NCBI GenBank assembly: GCA_003135635.1
Contig: PLCJ01000001.1
Span: forward strand, 99,418 to 163,417
DNA length: 64,000 bases
Source of the DNA: Candidatus Adlerbacteria bacterium
GTDB lineage: Bacteria > Patescibacteriota > Minisyncoccia > Phycocordibacterales > SBAW01
Reading direction: 5' to 3'
The position numbers were made by a program, and so were the translations under genes. Each line of letters begins with the position of its first letter. Position 1 is the first letter of the stretch. The notes under the pieces are model-generated. The model was not told where the DNA came from. It was given only the letters and a program-made list of their open reading frames with translations, and did no database searches. Positions 10,208-19,679 of the stretch are shown here, piece after piece.

Positions 10208-10335
10208 ATGCTTTCTTCTCTTCCTCTTCTAAGAGGCCATCATCGTCTTCCGCATCCTCGTCATCATCGGGGACCTCCGTATCCTCATCAACATCGCCCG
10301 CCTCTTGCGGATCTCGCACTTCAAACTCTTCGTAC
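10204..10335 (-). CDS. Possible 43-aa highly acidic small protein
   Basis: ATG..TAA frame translating MYEEFEVRDPQEAGDVDEDTEVPDDDEDAEDDDGLLEEEEKKA; located downstream of ruvC; no other support. Confidence 0.25.
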
Positions 10336-10413
10336 ATACTATAAGGGTCGTTAGATCAATAATTTGCTATGCACTGCTGGTGTTGTATCAAAAACAATAT
10401 TTTTTGCAACTTA

Positions 10414-10926
10414 CTAAACAGAAGTGTGTGGATATCTTGCTGAAGCAAGACAGGTCAGAGCGATTGCGATGGCATCTATTTCATCATCAAGCCTTGAACG
10501 TTTGGGAAGGGTGATAAGCCGCTCCACCATTGTGGCAACCGCTGCTTTGCCGCTTTTGCCATAGCCCGTAACTGCAAGTTTTATTTGCAGCGGCGTATAC
10601 GCGTAGAGTGTGAGCCTGTGTCGGGCTGCCGTATAGGCCAGGACTCCCCGCACTTGAGCTATTTGCATAGCGGTTTTGGCATTTTTTTCAAAATATATCT
10701 CTTCAAGAGCGATACTCGTGGGGTGCCACCGGGTGATCAAACGCTCAGCTTCCATCCCGATAATTTCTAGTCGCTGCGGAAAGGGGAGCGTTGAGAGAGT
10801 ACGCAGACAGGAGGAATATAGCAGGGTGTTTTTTTCTATCACTGCTACTCCCAGGCGCTCAAACCCGGGATCAAAGGCAAGTACTCGTGCTTCAGGCTGT
10901 GTTGGTGTAGACATCACTGACATCAT
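10414..10926 (-). CDS. ruvC: Crossover junction endodeoxyribonuclease RuvC
   Basis: RuvC catalytic N-terminus VLAFDPGFERLGVAVIE, C-terminal DDEIDAIAIALTC; start chosen at internal Met overlapping yebC end. Confidence 0.8.
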   Translation of the reverse strand: MMSVMSTPTQPEARVLAFDPGFERLGVAVIEKNTLLYSSCLRTLSTLPFPQRLEIIGMEAERLITRWHPTSIALEEIYFEKNAKTAMQIAQVRGVLAYTAARHRLTLYAYTPLQIKLAVTGYGKSGKAAVATMVERLITLPKRSRLDDEIDAIAIALTCLASARYPHTSV

Positions 10927-11419
10927 CGTGCTCCTCAAGCTCATCGACCAAGCGTGCCAGTTTTTCAAGATCCCCTTCGGGGAGGGATATCGGAGCAATC
11001 GGTTCAAGTCCTTCCTCTTTTTTATTAAACGCCCATAGCGCAGCACCAGGGGCAGCAAGAGCGCCGCCATTTTTGCTGAGCAAATGTTTTATTTCTTGCG
11101 CGGTGCGATTGCGATTATCCGTATACCCCTCAATGATAAGCGCCGCGCCACCCGGACCGTATGCCTCGTAGGTGACCGCTTCAAGTAAAGCGTCACTCCC
11201 AGATGCTTTAGTAATTGCGCGATCAATATTCTCTGTCGGCATATTTGCCACCCGGGCCTTTTCTATTGCAGTGCGAAGGCCCGGTGCACTACGGTCGCCC
11301 GCAGCTTTTTTTGCTTCAACAGCAATGAAGCGCACCAGTTTGGAGAACATTTTACCTTTGCGTACGTCGGTAACAGCTTTTTGATGCTTGAGCTTTGCCC
11401 ATTTGCTATGACCGGACAT
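10892..11419 (-). CDS. yebC: YebC/PmpR family transcriptional regulator (short, 175 aa)
   Basis: MSGHSKWAKLKHQKAVTDVRKGK canonical YebC N-terminus; upstream of ruvC as in yebC-ruvCAB operons. Confidence 0.8.
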   Translation of the reverse strand: MSGHSKWAKLKHQKAVTDVRKGKMFSKLVRFIAVEAKKAAGDRSAPGLRTAIEKARVANMPTENIDRAITKASGSDALLEAVTYEAYGPGGAALIIEGYTDNRNRTAQEIKHLLSKNGGALAAPGAALWAFNKKEEGLEPIAPISLPEGDLEKLARLVDELEEHDDVSDVYTNTA

Positions 11420-11449
11420 ATGCCGTTAGTTATACCCCAAAACGCTTTC

Positions 11450-12445
11450 CTACAACAACGGCTGTGTTGCGGGCGGCTTTTTCCCCACATGGCTGTACGC
11501 TTTGGGAGTCGCGACGCGACCTCTCGGCGTGCGCTCGATAAGTCCGAGCTGAAGCAAGAAGGGCTCGTGCACCTCAGAAAGGGTCTCCGGTTCCTCTGCA
11601 AGCGCTGCCGCAAGCGCATTTACGCCCGCAGGCCCCCCCGCGAAGCGATCCATGAGTGCGATAAGGAGTTTACGGTCAAGGGGCGTAAGACCGAGCTCAT
11701 CAATTTCAAGCATAGCGAGAGCCTCAGAGACCGTTTCTTTTGTAAGCGGTTGGCGTTTGAGTTGTGCGTAATCCCGTGCGCGTTTCAAAAGATAATTTGA
11801 TGTTCTTGGCGTCGCGCGGCTGCGTTTTGCAATTTCCTTCACCCCAGCCTCATCAATTTTTACATCTAAAATTTTTGCTGAACGTCGAACGATTTTGGCA
11901 ATATCATCTTCGGAGTAAAACTCAAGACGAAACGTTCCTCCAGAAAATCGCGAGCGCAAGGGAGCGGAGAGATCTGCAACGCGGGTCGTGGCTGCAACGA
12001 GGGTAAATGGGGGCAACGGAAGTTCAAGAGTGCGTGCGGAAGGACCTTTGCCGATAATGATATTAAGTGAGCTCGATTCCATTGCCGGGTAGAGTACCTC
12101 TTCAATAACTCGCGAGAGTCGGTGGATCTCGTCGATAAATAAAATGTCTCCAGGCACGAGATTGCTGAGGAGCGCCGCCAAGTCGCCCACGCGCTCAATT
12201 GCGGGTCCTGAGGTTGAACGCACACTGCCCCCAAGTTCTCGTGCAATAAGATGGGCGAGCGTTGTTTTTCCAAGGCCCGGTGGACCATAAAAAAGAACAT
12301 GCTCCGGCGCGGTACCGCGTTCTTTTGCAGCGGAAATTAAAATACGGAGGTTTTCCTTAACGGCTTCTTGTCCCACGTACTCCTCCCAGGAAGAAGGGCG
12401 CAGGGCTTGCTCCATGGAAACACTGCCAGTTTCGTCGCTTGACAT
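11450..12445 (-). CDS. ruvB: Holliday junction branch migration ATPase RuvB
   Basis: AAA+ Walker A LFYGPPGLGKTTLA, sensor motifs, winged-helix C-terminus. Confidence 0.9.
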   Translation of the reverse strand: MSSDETGSVSMEQALRPSSWEEYVGQEAVKENLRILISAAKERGTAPEHVLFYGPPGLGKTTLAHLIARELGGSVRSTSGPAIERVGDLAALLSNLVPGDILFIDEIHRLSRVIEEVLYPAMESSSLNIIIGKGPSARTLELPLPPFTLVAATTRVADLSAPLRSRFSGGTFRLEFYSEDDIAKIVRRSAKILDVKIDEAGVKEIAKRSRATPRTSNYLLKRARDYAQLKRQPLTKETVSEALAMLEIDELGLTPLDRKLLIALMDRFAGGPAGVNALAAALAEEPETLSEVHEPFLLQLGLIERTPRGRVATPKAYSHVGKKPPATQPLL

Positions 12446-12471
12446 ATAATACGTAATATGCTACAGTAGTT

Positions 12472-12500
12472 TCAGTCGCTCCTCTCGGGGAGCTTTTTTA
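12472..12500 (+). terminator. Orphan plus-strand hairpin+T-run (terminator-like) between two minus-strand genes
   Basis: GCTCCtctcggGGAGCtttttt. Confidence 0.35.
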
Positions 12501-12710
12501 GAAAGAGTGCACCTTCAAGCAGTACACCCGGGGAGGGTACTGGAACCTTACTAAGGACGTTTTGGCTCATTGTTTTATACAACTGTTGCGGGAACTATCC
12601 TCAGGTTTGGCGTCCGCTTCTTCGCTTGTCGAAGATGAGTATTGCTTGGCGGTGTATTCTTTCGAAACTATTCCCACTGTACCCGTTTTGTCTTCTCGCG
12701 CAACATTTGA

Positions 12711-14393
12711 CTAAACGATTGCGTCAATGTCTACCACACGCCTGAGCTCCTCAAGGGACGTGACGCCTAGAAGTATTTTTATAATGCCATCCTCCACCAT
12801 GGTGGGAATTCCTTGCGGCTTTGCGGCCTCTGCTACCTCCCGTTCACTTGGTTTGGTGCGGAGCACCTCTTCAATAGGGCGATCCATGTAAATCGCTTCA
12901 AATATACCGATACGTCCTTTGTATCCTCGACCCTTGCATACAGCGCATCCCTGAGGTGCAGGATCCCAAATAGTACTTATCGTTTGGGGCACGAGCGTGC
13001 GATCGACAATTCCTCCGAGGATGCGCTCAATAGTTATTTTTTCTTCTGCATTTATTGGCCGTTCCTTTTTACACTGCTGGCAAAGTTTGCGCACCAGGCG
13101 CTGAGCCATCGCGATATTAACTGAGGAGCTCAGTACTTTTTCAGGGACGCTGAGATCAATCAAGCGGGGGAAAGAACCTGCTGCATCGTTGGTGTGAAGC
13201 GTTGAAAAGACCAAGTGCCCGGTGAGCGCGGCATTGATTGCGGTCGCAGCTACTTCTTCATCTCTGATTTCCCCCACCATGATAATGTCGGGATCTTGGC
13301 GGAGAATTGAACGCAATCCTTCCGCAAAAGTATATTTTTTCTCATCTACTTGGGTTTGTACAATACCCGGCAAGTGATACTCAATCGGATCTTCGATAGT
13401 AATAATTTTTGTGCCGGGGCTATTAATCTTGCGCAAAAAAGCGTACAGAGTGGTCGTCTTACCGCTTCCGGTTGGCCCCGTGGTAAGCACCATGCCGTTT
13501 GGACGCGTTATTTCTCTTTCAATGCGCTGGCGTAACTTCTCTCCCATGCCAAGCTCTTCCAGAGTTACGCTGATGGCTTTTGGATTAAGAATTCGCAGCA
13601 CCAGTGTTTCGCCGTAATTTCCAGGAAGCACCGACGTGCGGAGTTCTATTTCATCCCCCTTGATCTTGATGCTGAAGCGCCCGTCTTGGGCTTCACTCGT
13701 GATATTGAGTTTGAGGCCTGAGAGGAGCTTCAAGCGCGAAAGAAGCAACCGATACGTTTCGTGATCAAAGGTAAGTATGTCAACGAGCACCCCATCAAGG
13801 CGGTAGCGCAAACGCACCGCTGCTTCTTCTGGTTCCATATGGACATCTGAGGCTTCTGTGGAGAGCCCGCCGGCAAGTATTACTTCAAGTATTCGGGTGA
13901 TGCGATACGTCTTTTTGATCACGATCGCCTCGTTGATGAGGGTGCCTATATCGGTAAGGTTTTGTACTTTACTGGCGAGCTCCTCGATCTCGGCGGGTGA
14001 GATTTCAAATACTCCTGCCTTGCTTTCCGTGGCATAGGAAAGATCGGCATAGCGCTCGTAGGCGCGCTTGAGACTTTCTTGAGAAGCCATAAATGTTACG
14101 GTGTCGTAGCCGAGCTCTTTGAGTTTCTCAATAACCATCTTTGCTTTTGAATTTTCAGGCGATCGCACCGCCACACTTAGGCGCTTTCCTACACGGCCAA
14201 AAACTACGGTCTCGGCATCGTGGGATTCGTCTTCTTTAATGAGCCGGAGCGCATCGGTGTTTATCGCCACCAAGGAGAGATCTACGTACTGCACGCCGTA
14301 CTTATGAGAAAGTATCTCTACTACCTCTTCTTCTTCGCGCTTGCGGAGAATGTCCAGGTGCTTTTCTTGTTCTTGATCGGCAAACACTACCAT
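12711..14393 (-). CDS. pilB: Type IV pilus / type II secretion assembly ATPase (PilB/GspE family)
   Basis: Walker A LTTGPTGSGKTTT, Asp/His boxes, C-terminal tetracysteine-like motif (CQQC ... CAVCKGRG); N-terminal GSPII-like domain. Confidence 0.85.
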   Translation of the reverse strand: MVVFADQEQEKHLDILRKREEEEVVEILSHKYGVQYVDLSLVAINTDALRLIKEDESHDAETVVFGRVGKRLSVAVRSPENSKAKMVIEKLKELGYDTVTFMASQESLKRAYERYADLSYATESKAGVFEISPAEIEELASKVQNLTDIGTLINEAIVIKKTYRITRILEVILAGGLSTEASDVHMEPEEAAVRLRYRLDGVLVDILTFDHETYRLLLSRLKLLSGLKLNITSEAQDGRFSIKIKGDEIELRTSVLPGNYGETLVLRILNPKAISVTLEELGMGEKLRQRIEREITRPNGMVLTTGPTGSGKTTTLYAFLRKINSPGTKIITIEDPIEYHLPGIVQTQVDEKKYTFAEGLRSILRQDPDIIMVGEIRDEEVAATAINAALTGHLVFSTLHTNDAAGSFPRLIDLSVPEKVLSSSVNIAMAQRLVRKLCQQCKKERPINAEEKITIERILGGIVDRTLVPQTISTIWDPAPQGCAVCKGRGYKGRIGIFEAIYMDRPIEEVLRTKPSEREVAEAAKPQGIPTMVEDGIIKILLGVTSLEELRRVVDIDAIV

Positions 14394-14407
14394 CCTCCTA
14401 TTCTACA

Positions 14408-14872
14408 ATGTGTTTTGCTACACTGTGCTCTATGAGTCGCGTATCTCTTCAAGAAATGCCTTCTTTGGCACGTTCAGTATTAGGGATCCTCTCGGGCGCT
14501 ACAAAAAATGATAGCGCATTTGTTATAGCGCTTGAGGGTAATTTAGGGGCAGGAAAGACTACCCTTGTGCAAACGCTTGCAAAAGAGCTTGGTGTATCTG
14601 TGGTAGTGCAGAGCCCGACCTATGTACTTATGAAATCCTATCCTATTCAGTTTGGTTCATTCACCACTCTCATACATATCGATGCATATCGCCTAGATGT
14701 GCCTGAGGAGTTTAGCGCGTTAAAACCGGAAAAGTTTTTGAATGATCCGCACGTGCTTGTATGTATTGAATGGCCGGAGCGTTTAAAAGGAGTGTTGCCA
14801 GAAACTGATATGAAATTAGTATTTTCTCATATTGAGGGAGAAGAAAATATGCGGGAGGTGGAGGGGATATAA
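14408..14872 (+). CDS. tsaE: tRNA threonylcarbamoyladenosine biosynthesis protein TsaE
   Basis: P-loop LEGNLGAGKTTLVQ typical of TsaE/YjeE; true start possibly internal Met. Confidence 0.7.
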   Translation: MCFATLCSMSRVSLQEMPSLARSVLGILSGATKNDSAFVIALEGNLGAGKTTLVQTLAKELGVSVVVQSPTYVLMKSYPIQFGSFTTLIHIDAYRLDVPEEFSALKPEKFLNDPHVLVCIEWPERLKGVLPETDMKLVFSHIEGEENMREVEGI

Positions 14873-15175
14873 AAGAAGAGGCCGCGAAGAATTACTTCGC
14901 GGCCTTGGGCGGATCATTTGTGGCAATCCAGCCTTCCACCCGTTCTGACTGTGCAGTGGGTGGGTAAGGGGTGCGGCGCCGTGTGATATGTGACGGGCAA
15001 CATAGCCCATGTTCCCACCTTTGGAATCACCATGACCACCACCGCCGAGATGAGTACAGCAATGAAGAGCAATACGAGGTTGTTGTTCACGTGAACCTCC
15101 TTAACTGAAGAAGAGTCTAGCATACTACATGCGAGATGTCAAGTAAGCCCTAAAATATGGTAAAATAAGACTTAT

Positions 15176-17536
15176 ATGGCTAAAAAGCGCCTCATAATCC
15201 TTGATATGCACGCGATTTTGCATCGCGCCTACCACGCGCTTCCTGACTTTTCTTCTTCTAAGGGAGAGCCTACTGGAGCGCTCTACGGCCTTGTATCCAT
15301 GCTCGTGCGCATTCTCACTGATCTGAAACCCGACTACATTGTTGCTACCTTTGATTTAGCAGAGCCGACACACCGACATATTGCTTATGAGCAATACAAA
15401 GCGCATCGACCGAAAACGGACGATGCGCTTATTTCGCAAATAATTCGCTCTCGCGACGTGCTTGATGCTCTCAGTATTCCGCATTACGAATGTGAAGGAT
15501 TTGAAGCAGATGATGTAATCGGCACCATTGTCGAGAATCTTAAAAAAAAGAATGACCTTGAAATTATTATTGCCTCCGGAGATATGGATACACTCCAGTT
15601 GGTGGAAGGGCAACGGGTACGAGTTTTTACTCTGAAAAAAGGCCTCTCCGATACTGTTCTTTACGATGAGGCCGGAGTAATAGCGCGCTATGGATTCCCG
15701 CCGAAGCAGCTGCCTGACTATAAGGGATTGTATGGGGATCCGTCTGATAACATACCTGGCGTGAAAGGGATAGGAGAAAAAACCGCAAGCATACTCATCG
15801 CTCATTTCGATACTCTGGAGAAACTGTACGCTACGCTCAAAAAGAATCCTAAAAAAGTTGCTGCAGCAGGAATAAAAGAGGGCATGATCAAAAAACTTCT
15901 TGAACAGGAGGAAGAAGCAAAGTTTTCAAAAGTACTCGCTGAAATTCGTCTTGATGCGCCAATCAATTTTATCCTTCCTAAAAAAACCTGGCGAGAACAA
16001 GTTGAGACTGAAAAAGTACTCAATATGTTATCTGAGTTTGACTTCCGTTCACTCATGCCGCGGGTGCGCGAACTTCTTGGAGTTCAGGCAGTGCATGCAG
16101 AGACAGAAGAAGATTTAAAGAATCAGCAGTTTTCACAAGAAGAGTTTCATAAAATGGCAATCGCGGTCTGGGTGCTTGATTCAACTATTACCAACCCCAC
16201 CATCGAAGACATATATCGTCTTGGTAAATCAAAAGATTTCGCTATTGCAGCTTCGCATATTGAAGAAGAGATCGCCCATAATGGACTTTCCTTTGTATAT
16301 AAGCAGATTGAACTACCACTTATGCCCGTGCTGCGGCAGATGGAGAAGCGGGGAATAAAGATTGATCGGACATTTCTCGCGAAACTGTCAAAGCAATATC
16401 ATTCTGAACTTGAGGCTATAGCTGCTCGAGTATACGCTATTGCAGGAGAAACGTTCAATATCAATTCACCAAAACAGCTCGGCGAGATACTCTTTGATAG
16501 ACTCGGCCTTGCGGTTAAAAACCAAAAAAAAACAACAACCGGTGCACGGTCAACTCGTGAATCTGAACTTGAGAAAATGCGTGAACTACATCCTATAATT
16601 TCTGACATTCTTTCCCATCGAGAACTTCAAAAACTCCTTTCAACGTATATCGACAATATCCCTACACTTCTTGATAAAAAAAACAGATTGCACACATCTT
16701 TTATACAGACGGGCACCACCACTGGCCGTCTTGCATCACAAAATCCAAATCTTCAAAATATTCCGATCAAAACAGAACTCGGACGTGCCATACGGCATGC
16801 CTTTGTAGCGGATACTGACATGCAGCTTGTTTCGCTGGATTATTCCCAGATTGAACTACGTATAGCGGCTTTTCTTTCGCGTGATGAAGAGCTGGCTAAA
16901 ATTTTCAGAGATGGTCGTGATGTGCATGCAGAAGTAGCAGCAAGAATATTTAATGTACCGGCGGATAAAGTAACATATGAACAACGACGCCGTGCGAAAG
17001 TTATTAACTTCGGTATCCTCTATGGGATGGGAGTTACCAGCTTGCGTGAAGCACTTGGAACTACACGCGGAGAAGCGCAGGAGTTTTATAATGAGTATTT
17101 TGAGGCCTTTCCGCGCTTGGCCGCGTATCTTGATGAAGTGAAAGCGCAAGCTGCACGGGATGGATATACCACTACGTACTTCGGACGGCGTCGGTATTTC
17201 GAAGGTATCCACTCGCCGATACCCTACATGCGTGCTGCCTCGGAGCGGATGGCTATCAATGCTCCTATGCAGGGAACCCAATCAGATATTGTAAAACTTG
17301 CTATGGTTCGCATTGATGCATGGCTGCGAGAAAAAGGTCTGCCGGATCGCGCACACTTACTCCTTCAAGTGCACGACGAATTACTGTTTGAAATAGAGAC
17401 AGATACTGTGAAAGAATATACACAGAAAATCAAAACAATCATGGAGGAAGTTATTCCTATAGATGAACGTCGCGGGATACCTCTTGTTGTAGAAGGCAAA
17501 GTAGGGAAAGATTGGGGAGAAATGAAAAAGATATGA
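15176..17536 (+). CDS. polA: DNA polymerase I (5'-3' exonuclease + polymerase domains; reduced middle domain)
   Basis: FEN-like N-terminus, polymerase motifs A/B/C (DYSQIELRIAA, RRRAKVINFGILYGMG, LLQVHDELLFE); 786 aa is shorter than typical Pol I. Confidence 0.9.
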   Translation: MAKKRLIILDMHAILHRAYHALPDFSSSKGEPTGALYGLVSMLVRILTDLKPDYIVATFDLAEPTHRHIAYEQYKAHRPKTDDALISQIIRSRDVLDALSIPHYECEGFEADDVIGTIVENLKKKNDLEIIIASGDMDTLQLVEGQRVRVFTLKKGLSDTVLYDEAGVIARYGFPPKQLPDYKGLYGDPSDNIPGVKGIGEKTASILIAHFDTLEKLYATLKKNPKKVAAAGIKEGMIKKLLEQEEEAKFSKVLAEIRLDAPINFILPKKTWREQVETEKVLNMLSEFDFRSLMPRVRELLGVQAVHAETEEDLKNQQFSQEEFHKMAIAVWVLDSTITNPTIEDIYRLGKSKDFAIAASHIEEEIAHNGLSFVYKQIELPLMPVLRQMEKRGIKIDRTFLAKLSKQYHSELEAIAARVYAIAGETFNINSPKQLGEILFDRLGLAVKNQKKTTTGARSTRESELEKMRELHPIISDILSHRELQKLLSTYIDNIPTLLDKKNRLHTSFIQTGTTTGRLASQNPNLQNIPIKTELGRAIRHAFVADTDMQLVSLDYSQIELRIAAFLSRDEELAKIFRDGRDVHAEVAARIFNVPADKVTYEQRRRAKVINFGILYGMGVTSLREALGTTRGEAQEFYNEYFEAFPRLAAYLDEVKAQAARDGYTTTYFGRRRYFEGIHSPIPYMRAASERMAINAPMQGTQSDIVKLAMVRIDAWLREKGLPDRAHLLLQVHDELLFEIETDTVKEYTQKIKTIMEEVIPIDERRGIPLVVEGKVGKDWGEMKKI

Positions 17537-18162
17537 TGTACGTTGTTGTCGGCATAAATCCAGCTGCTCGAGGAGAGAAACGTCGCGCTTTTCTCAACAA
17601 AACTCCTGCTGAAGAGCTGCAGTGGGAAAATATGAGTATCGAAGAGCTGGGATCTCTGGCCTCAACACCTTCCTTATGGGGAAATATGCAAGCATTTGTA
17701 CTTACAGGAGCGCTTAGTGATCCTGAGCGCGGAGAAGAATTTCTCTCGCTTGCTGAAGGATTGGTTTCTTCACCACACGTATTTGTATTTGAGGAGGAGA
17801 AATTGCTTAAGAAACAAACTGATGCGGTAACAAAAGCCGGTGCAACCGTCGCAGCACTAGCTGCACCCAAAAAGGAGGAATCATTTAATGTTTTTTCTCT
17901 TGCGAGTACTTTTGCTCTACGCGATCGCAAAAAATTCTGGATTTTGCTCGTGAAAGCGCTACGCGCTGGTGTAGTTCCCGAGAATATTACCGGGATATTG
18001 CACTGGAAAGTGCGCGATATGCTTGCAGCCACCCGCGTGGCACACTATACACGCACAGAGCTTATCGACCTCTCCCGACAACTTGTGGTGATGTATCATG
18101 ATGCGCACCGTGGCGCCGGGGATCTAGCACTCTTGCTTGAGAGATTCGCTCTAACGTTGTAG
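17512..18162 (+). CDS. Possible short DNA polymerase III delta subunit (HolA-like)
   Basis: N-terminal YVVVG..., pattern of HolA domains I-III at reduced length; overlaps polA stop by 25 nt; weak similarity only. Confidence 0.35.
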   Translation: MGRNEKDMMYVVVGINPAARGEKRRAFLNKTPAEELQWENMSIEELGSLASTPSLWGNMQAFVLTGALSDPERGEEFLSLAEGLVSSPHVFVFEEEKLLKKQTDAVTKAGATVAALAAPKKEESFNVFSLASTFALRDRKKFWILLVKALRAGVVPENITGILHWKVRDMLAATRVAHYTRTELIDLSRQLVVMYHDAHRGAGDLALLLERFALTL

Positions 18163-18174
18163 TTTAATGATATT

Positions 18175-18247
18175 CCGCCCATAGCTCAGTTGGTAGAGCA
18201 GCTCCCTTTTAAGGAGAGGGTCGCAGGTTCGAATCCTGCTGGGCGGA
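18175..18247 (+). tRNA. tRNA-Lys (anticodon TTT)
   Basis: Cloverleaf: acceptor CCGCCCA/TGGGCGG, D-arm AGCTCAGTTGGTAGAGC, anticodon loop CTTTTAA, T-arm GCAGGTTCGAATCCTGC. Confidence 0.8.
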
Positions 18248-18292
18248 CTGAAGTTAGTCTTCATAAATGCTACACTAATGTAGCAAGAAAAC

Positions 18293-18676
18293 ATGGTTCG
18301 ACTTCTCTATACACATGAATTGAAACCACATGAGAAAGTAGTTATTTCTCACGCTCTACTTCTACTCGCTGAAGTACTCTGGACTAGAACTGTTACGACA
18401 CCGATTCTTGTTGACACAAAAACAAAGACCATTCTTGATGGACATCATCGTTGGTGGGTCGGTAAGAGACTCGGTTTCCGTCGTATTCCTGCCTACTGTG
18501 TTGATTATCTCAACGATGACAGTATTGGTTGTGAGCCAAGGAGGAAAGAAATACCCATAAATAAAGAAATTATTATTGCTACAGCGCAGTCAGGCCAGAT
18601 CTATCCACCGAAAACGACACGGCATATCTATAAACTACCAGCCTCTGTCACATATCCTCTTGGAGATTTATTCTAA
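18293..18676 (+). CDS. ParB/sulfiredoxin-like nuclease-domain mini-protein (127 aa)
   Basis: ParB-N-like motif ILDGHHRW preceded by hydrophobic beta strand PILVD; no HTH or dimerisation domain. Confidence 0.55.
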   Translation: MVRLLYTHELKPHEKVVISHALLLLAEVLWTRTVTTPILVDTKTKTILDGHHRWWVGKRLGFRRIPAYCVDYLNDDSIGCEPRRKEIPINKEIIIATAQSGQIYPPKTTRHIYKLPASVTYPLGDLF

Positions 18677-18736
18677 GAGCCTAATTTGGCTTTTAGCGAA
18701 TCTCTTAAGCCGATCTTATGAAGTTTTTCTTACTAA

Positions 18737-18764
18737 TGAAGCCCCCTACGTTGGTGGGGGCTTC
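18737..18764. terminator. Hairpin terminator after the ParB-like gene
   Basis: GAAGCCCCCtacgttggtGGGGGCTTC perfect 9-bp stem followed by T-rich sequence. Confidence 0.5.
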
Positions 18765-18789
18765 GATTGTTACTTTGCACTAGCCCCGG

Positions 18790-19122
18790 TCAGACTTTTG
18801 TTGGCTTAGTGTCATAAAATACTTCGATCTCGTAGATGGCGAAAGCCACGAACATTAGTACGAAGAAGAAGAGACCTGTAACCCACAACCAGAGTGGCTC
18901 GGGCCTCAGAATTGCCAAGAACATACCTCCTACTGCCACAAAAAGAAGCGCACTTAGCACAGAGCACCCTGCCGCAATAACAAGTAGCCCTCGATGTACC
19001 TCCTTAAGCAAGATAACTGTGTTGAGGATACAAGTGATGGACCATAAGACGAGAGTGGAATATACGACCGCATCCATTGTTCTGTGTTCCTCCTTAGAAC
19101 AGAGTGGTGCAACTGCTGGCAA
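18790..19122 (-). CDS. Small multi-TM membrane protein, hypothetical
   Basis: Three predicted hydrophobic helices; no recognisable motif. Confidence 0.35.
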   Translation of the reverse strand: MPAVAPLCSKEEHRTMDAVVYSTLVLWSITCILNTVILLKEVHRGLLVIAAGCSVLSALLFVAVGGMFLAILRPEPLWLWVTGLFFFVLMFVAFAIYEIEVFYDTKPTKV

Positions 19123-19168
19123 ACATAGAGGACTTTCTTACATAAATCAAGTGCACAATATTAAGCCG

Positions 19169-19666
19169 CTATTTCATCCCCAAAAGTACAAACAATGCTA
19201 TCCCCGCAGTGACTGAAACGTTCAACGATTCTTTTTTACCGTGCATAGGAATTTCCAAAATTGCATCCGTCTCTTTCAACACTTTGGTAGAAAGCCCACG
19301 AACTTCATTACCAAGCACAAGCACGATTGGTTGTGCTGGGTCTTTCAGTTTCCAGTTAAATAATGAAATCGATCTTGAATCTTGTTCAACCGCAAGTACC
19401 GCATGCCCCTCTTTTTTAAGTCGCCGTAAAGTAGGCGTCAACTGTTGTACCTGAGACCACGGTACTGTTTTTTCTGCCCCCAGAGATACTTTAGTAAAAT
19501 CGCTGCGCTTCCTCCCAAAGCGATCTACAGGCGCGGGTGTATACCCAGAGAGGAGGATACGGAAAACTCCCGCCGCATCCGCGGTTCGAAATATCGAACC
19601 CACATTATGCACACTGCGAATATTGTGAAGCACGAGCGTGCATTTTACTTTGGAGCGCTTGATCAC
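19169..19666 (-). CDS. SpoU/TrmH-family RNA 2'-O-methyltransferase (TrmL/TrmH-like, 165 aa)
   Basis: SPOUT motifs HNVGSIFRTADAAG, LVLGNEVRGLS, LEIPM..SLNVSVTAGIALF. Confidence 0.7.
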   Translation of the reverse strand: MIKRSKVKCTLVLHNIRSVHNVGSIFRTADAAGVFRILLSGYTPAPVDRFGRKRSDFTKVSLGAEKTVPWSQVQQLTPTLRRLKKEGHAVLAVEQDSRSISLFNWKLKDPAQPIVLVLGNEVRGLSTKVLKETDAILEIPMHGKKESLNVSVTAGIALFVLLGMK

Positions 19667-19679
19667 GCCGTCATACTAC

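Noticed and set aside
14914-15123. 69-aa minus-strand ORF with one TM in the tsaE-polA spacer
   Set aside because: No RBS; overlaps another spurious frame. Region is more plausibly the polA promoter. Not excluded as a small membrane peptide but unsupported.
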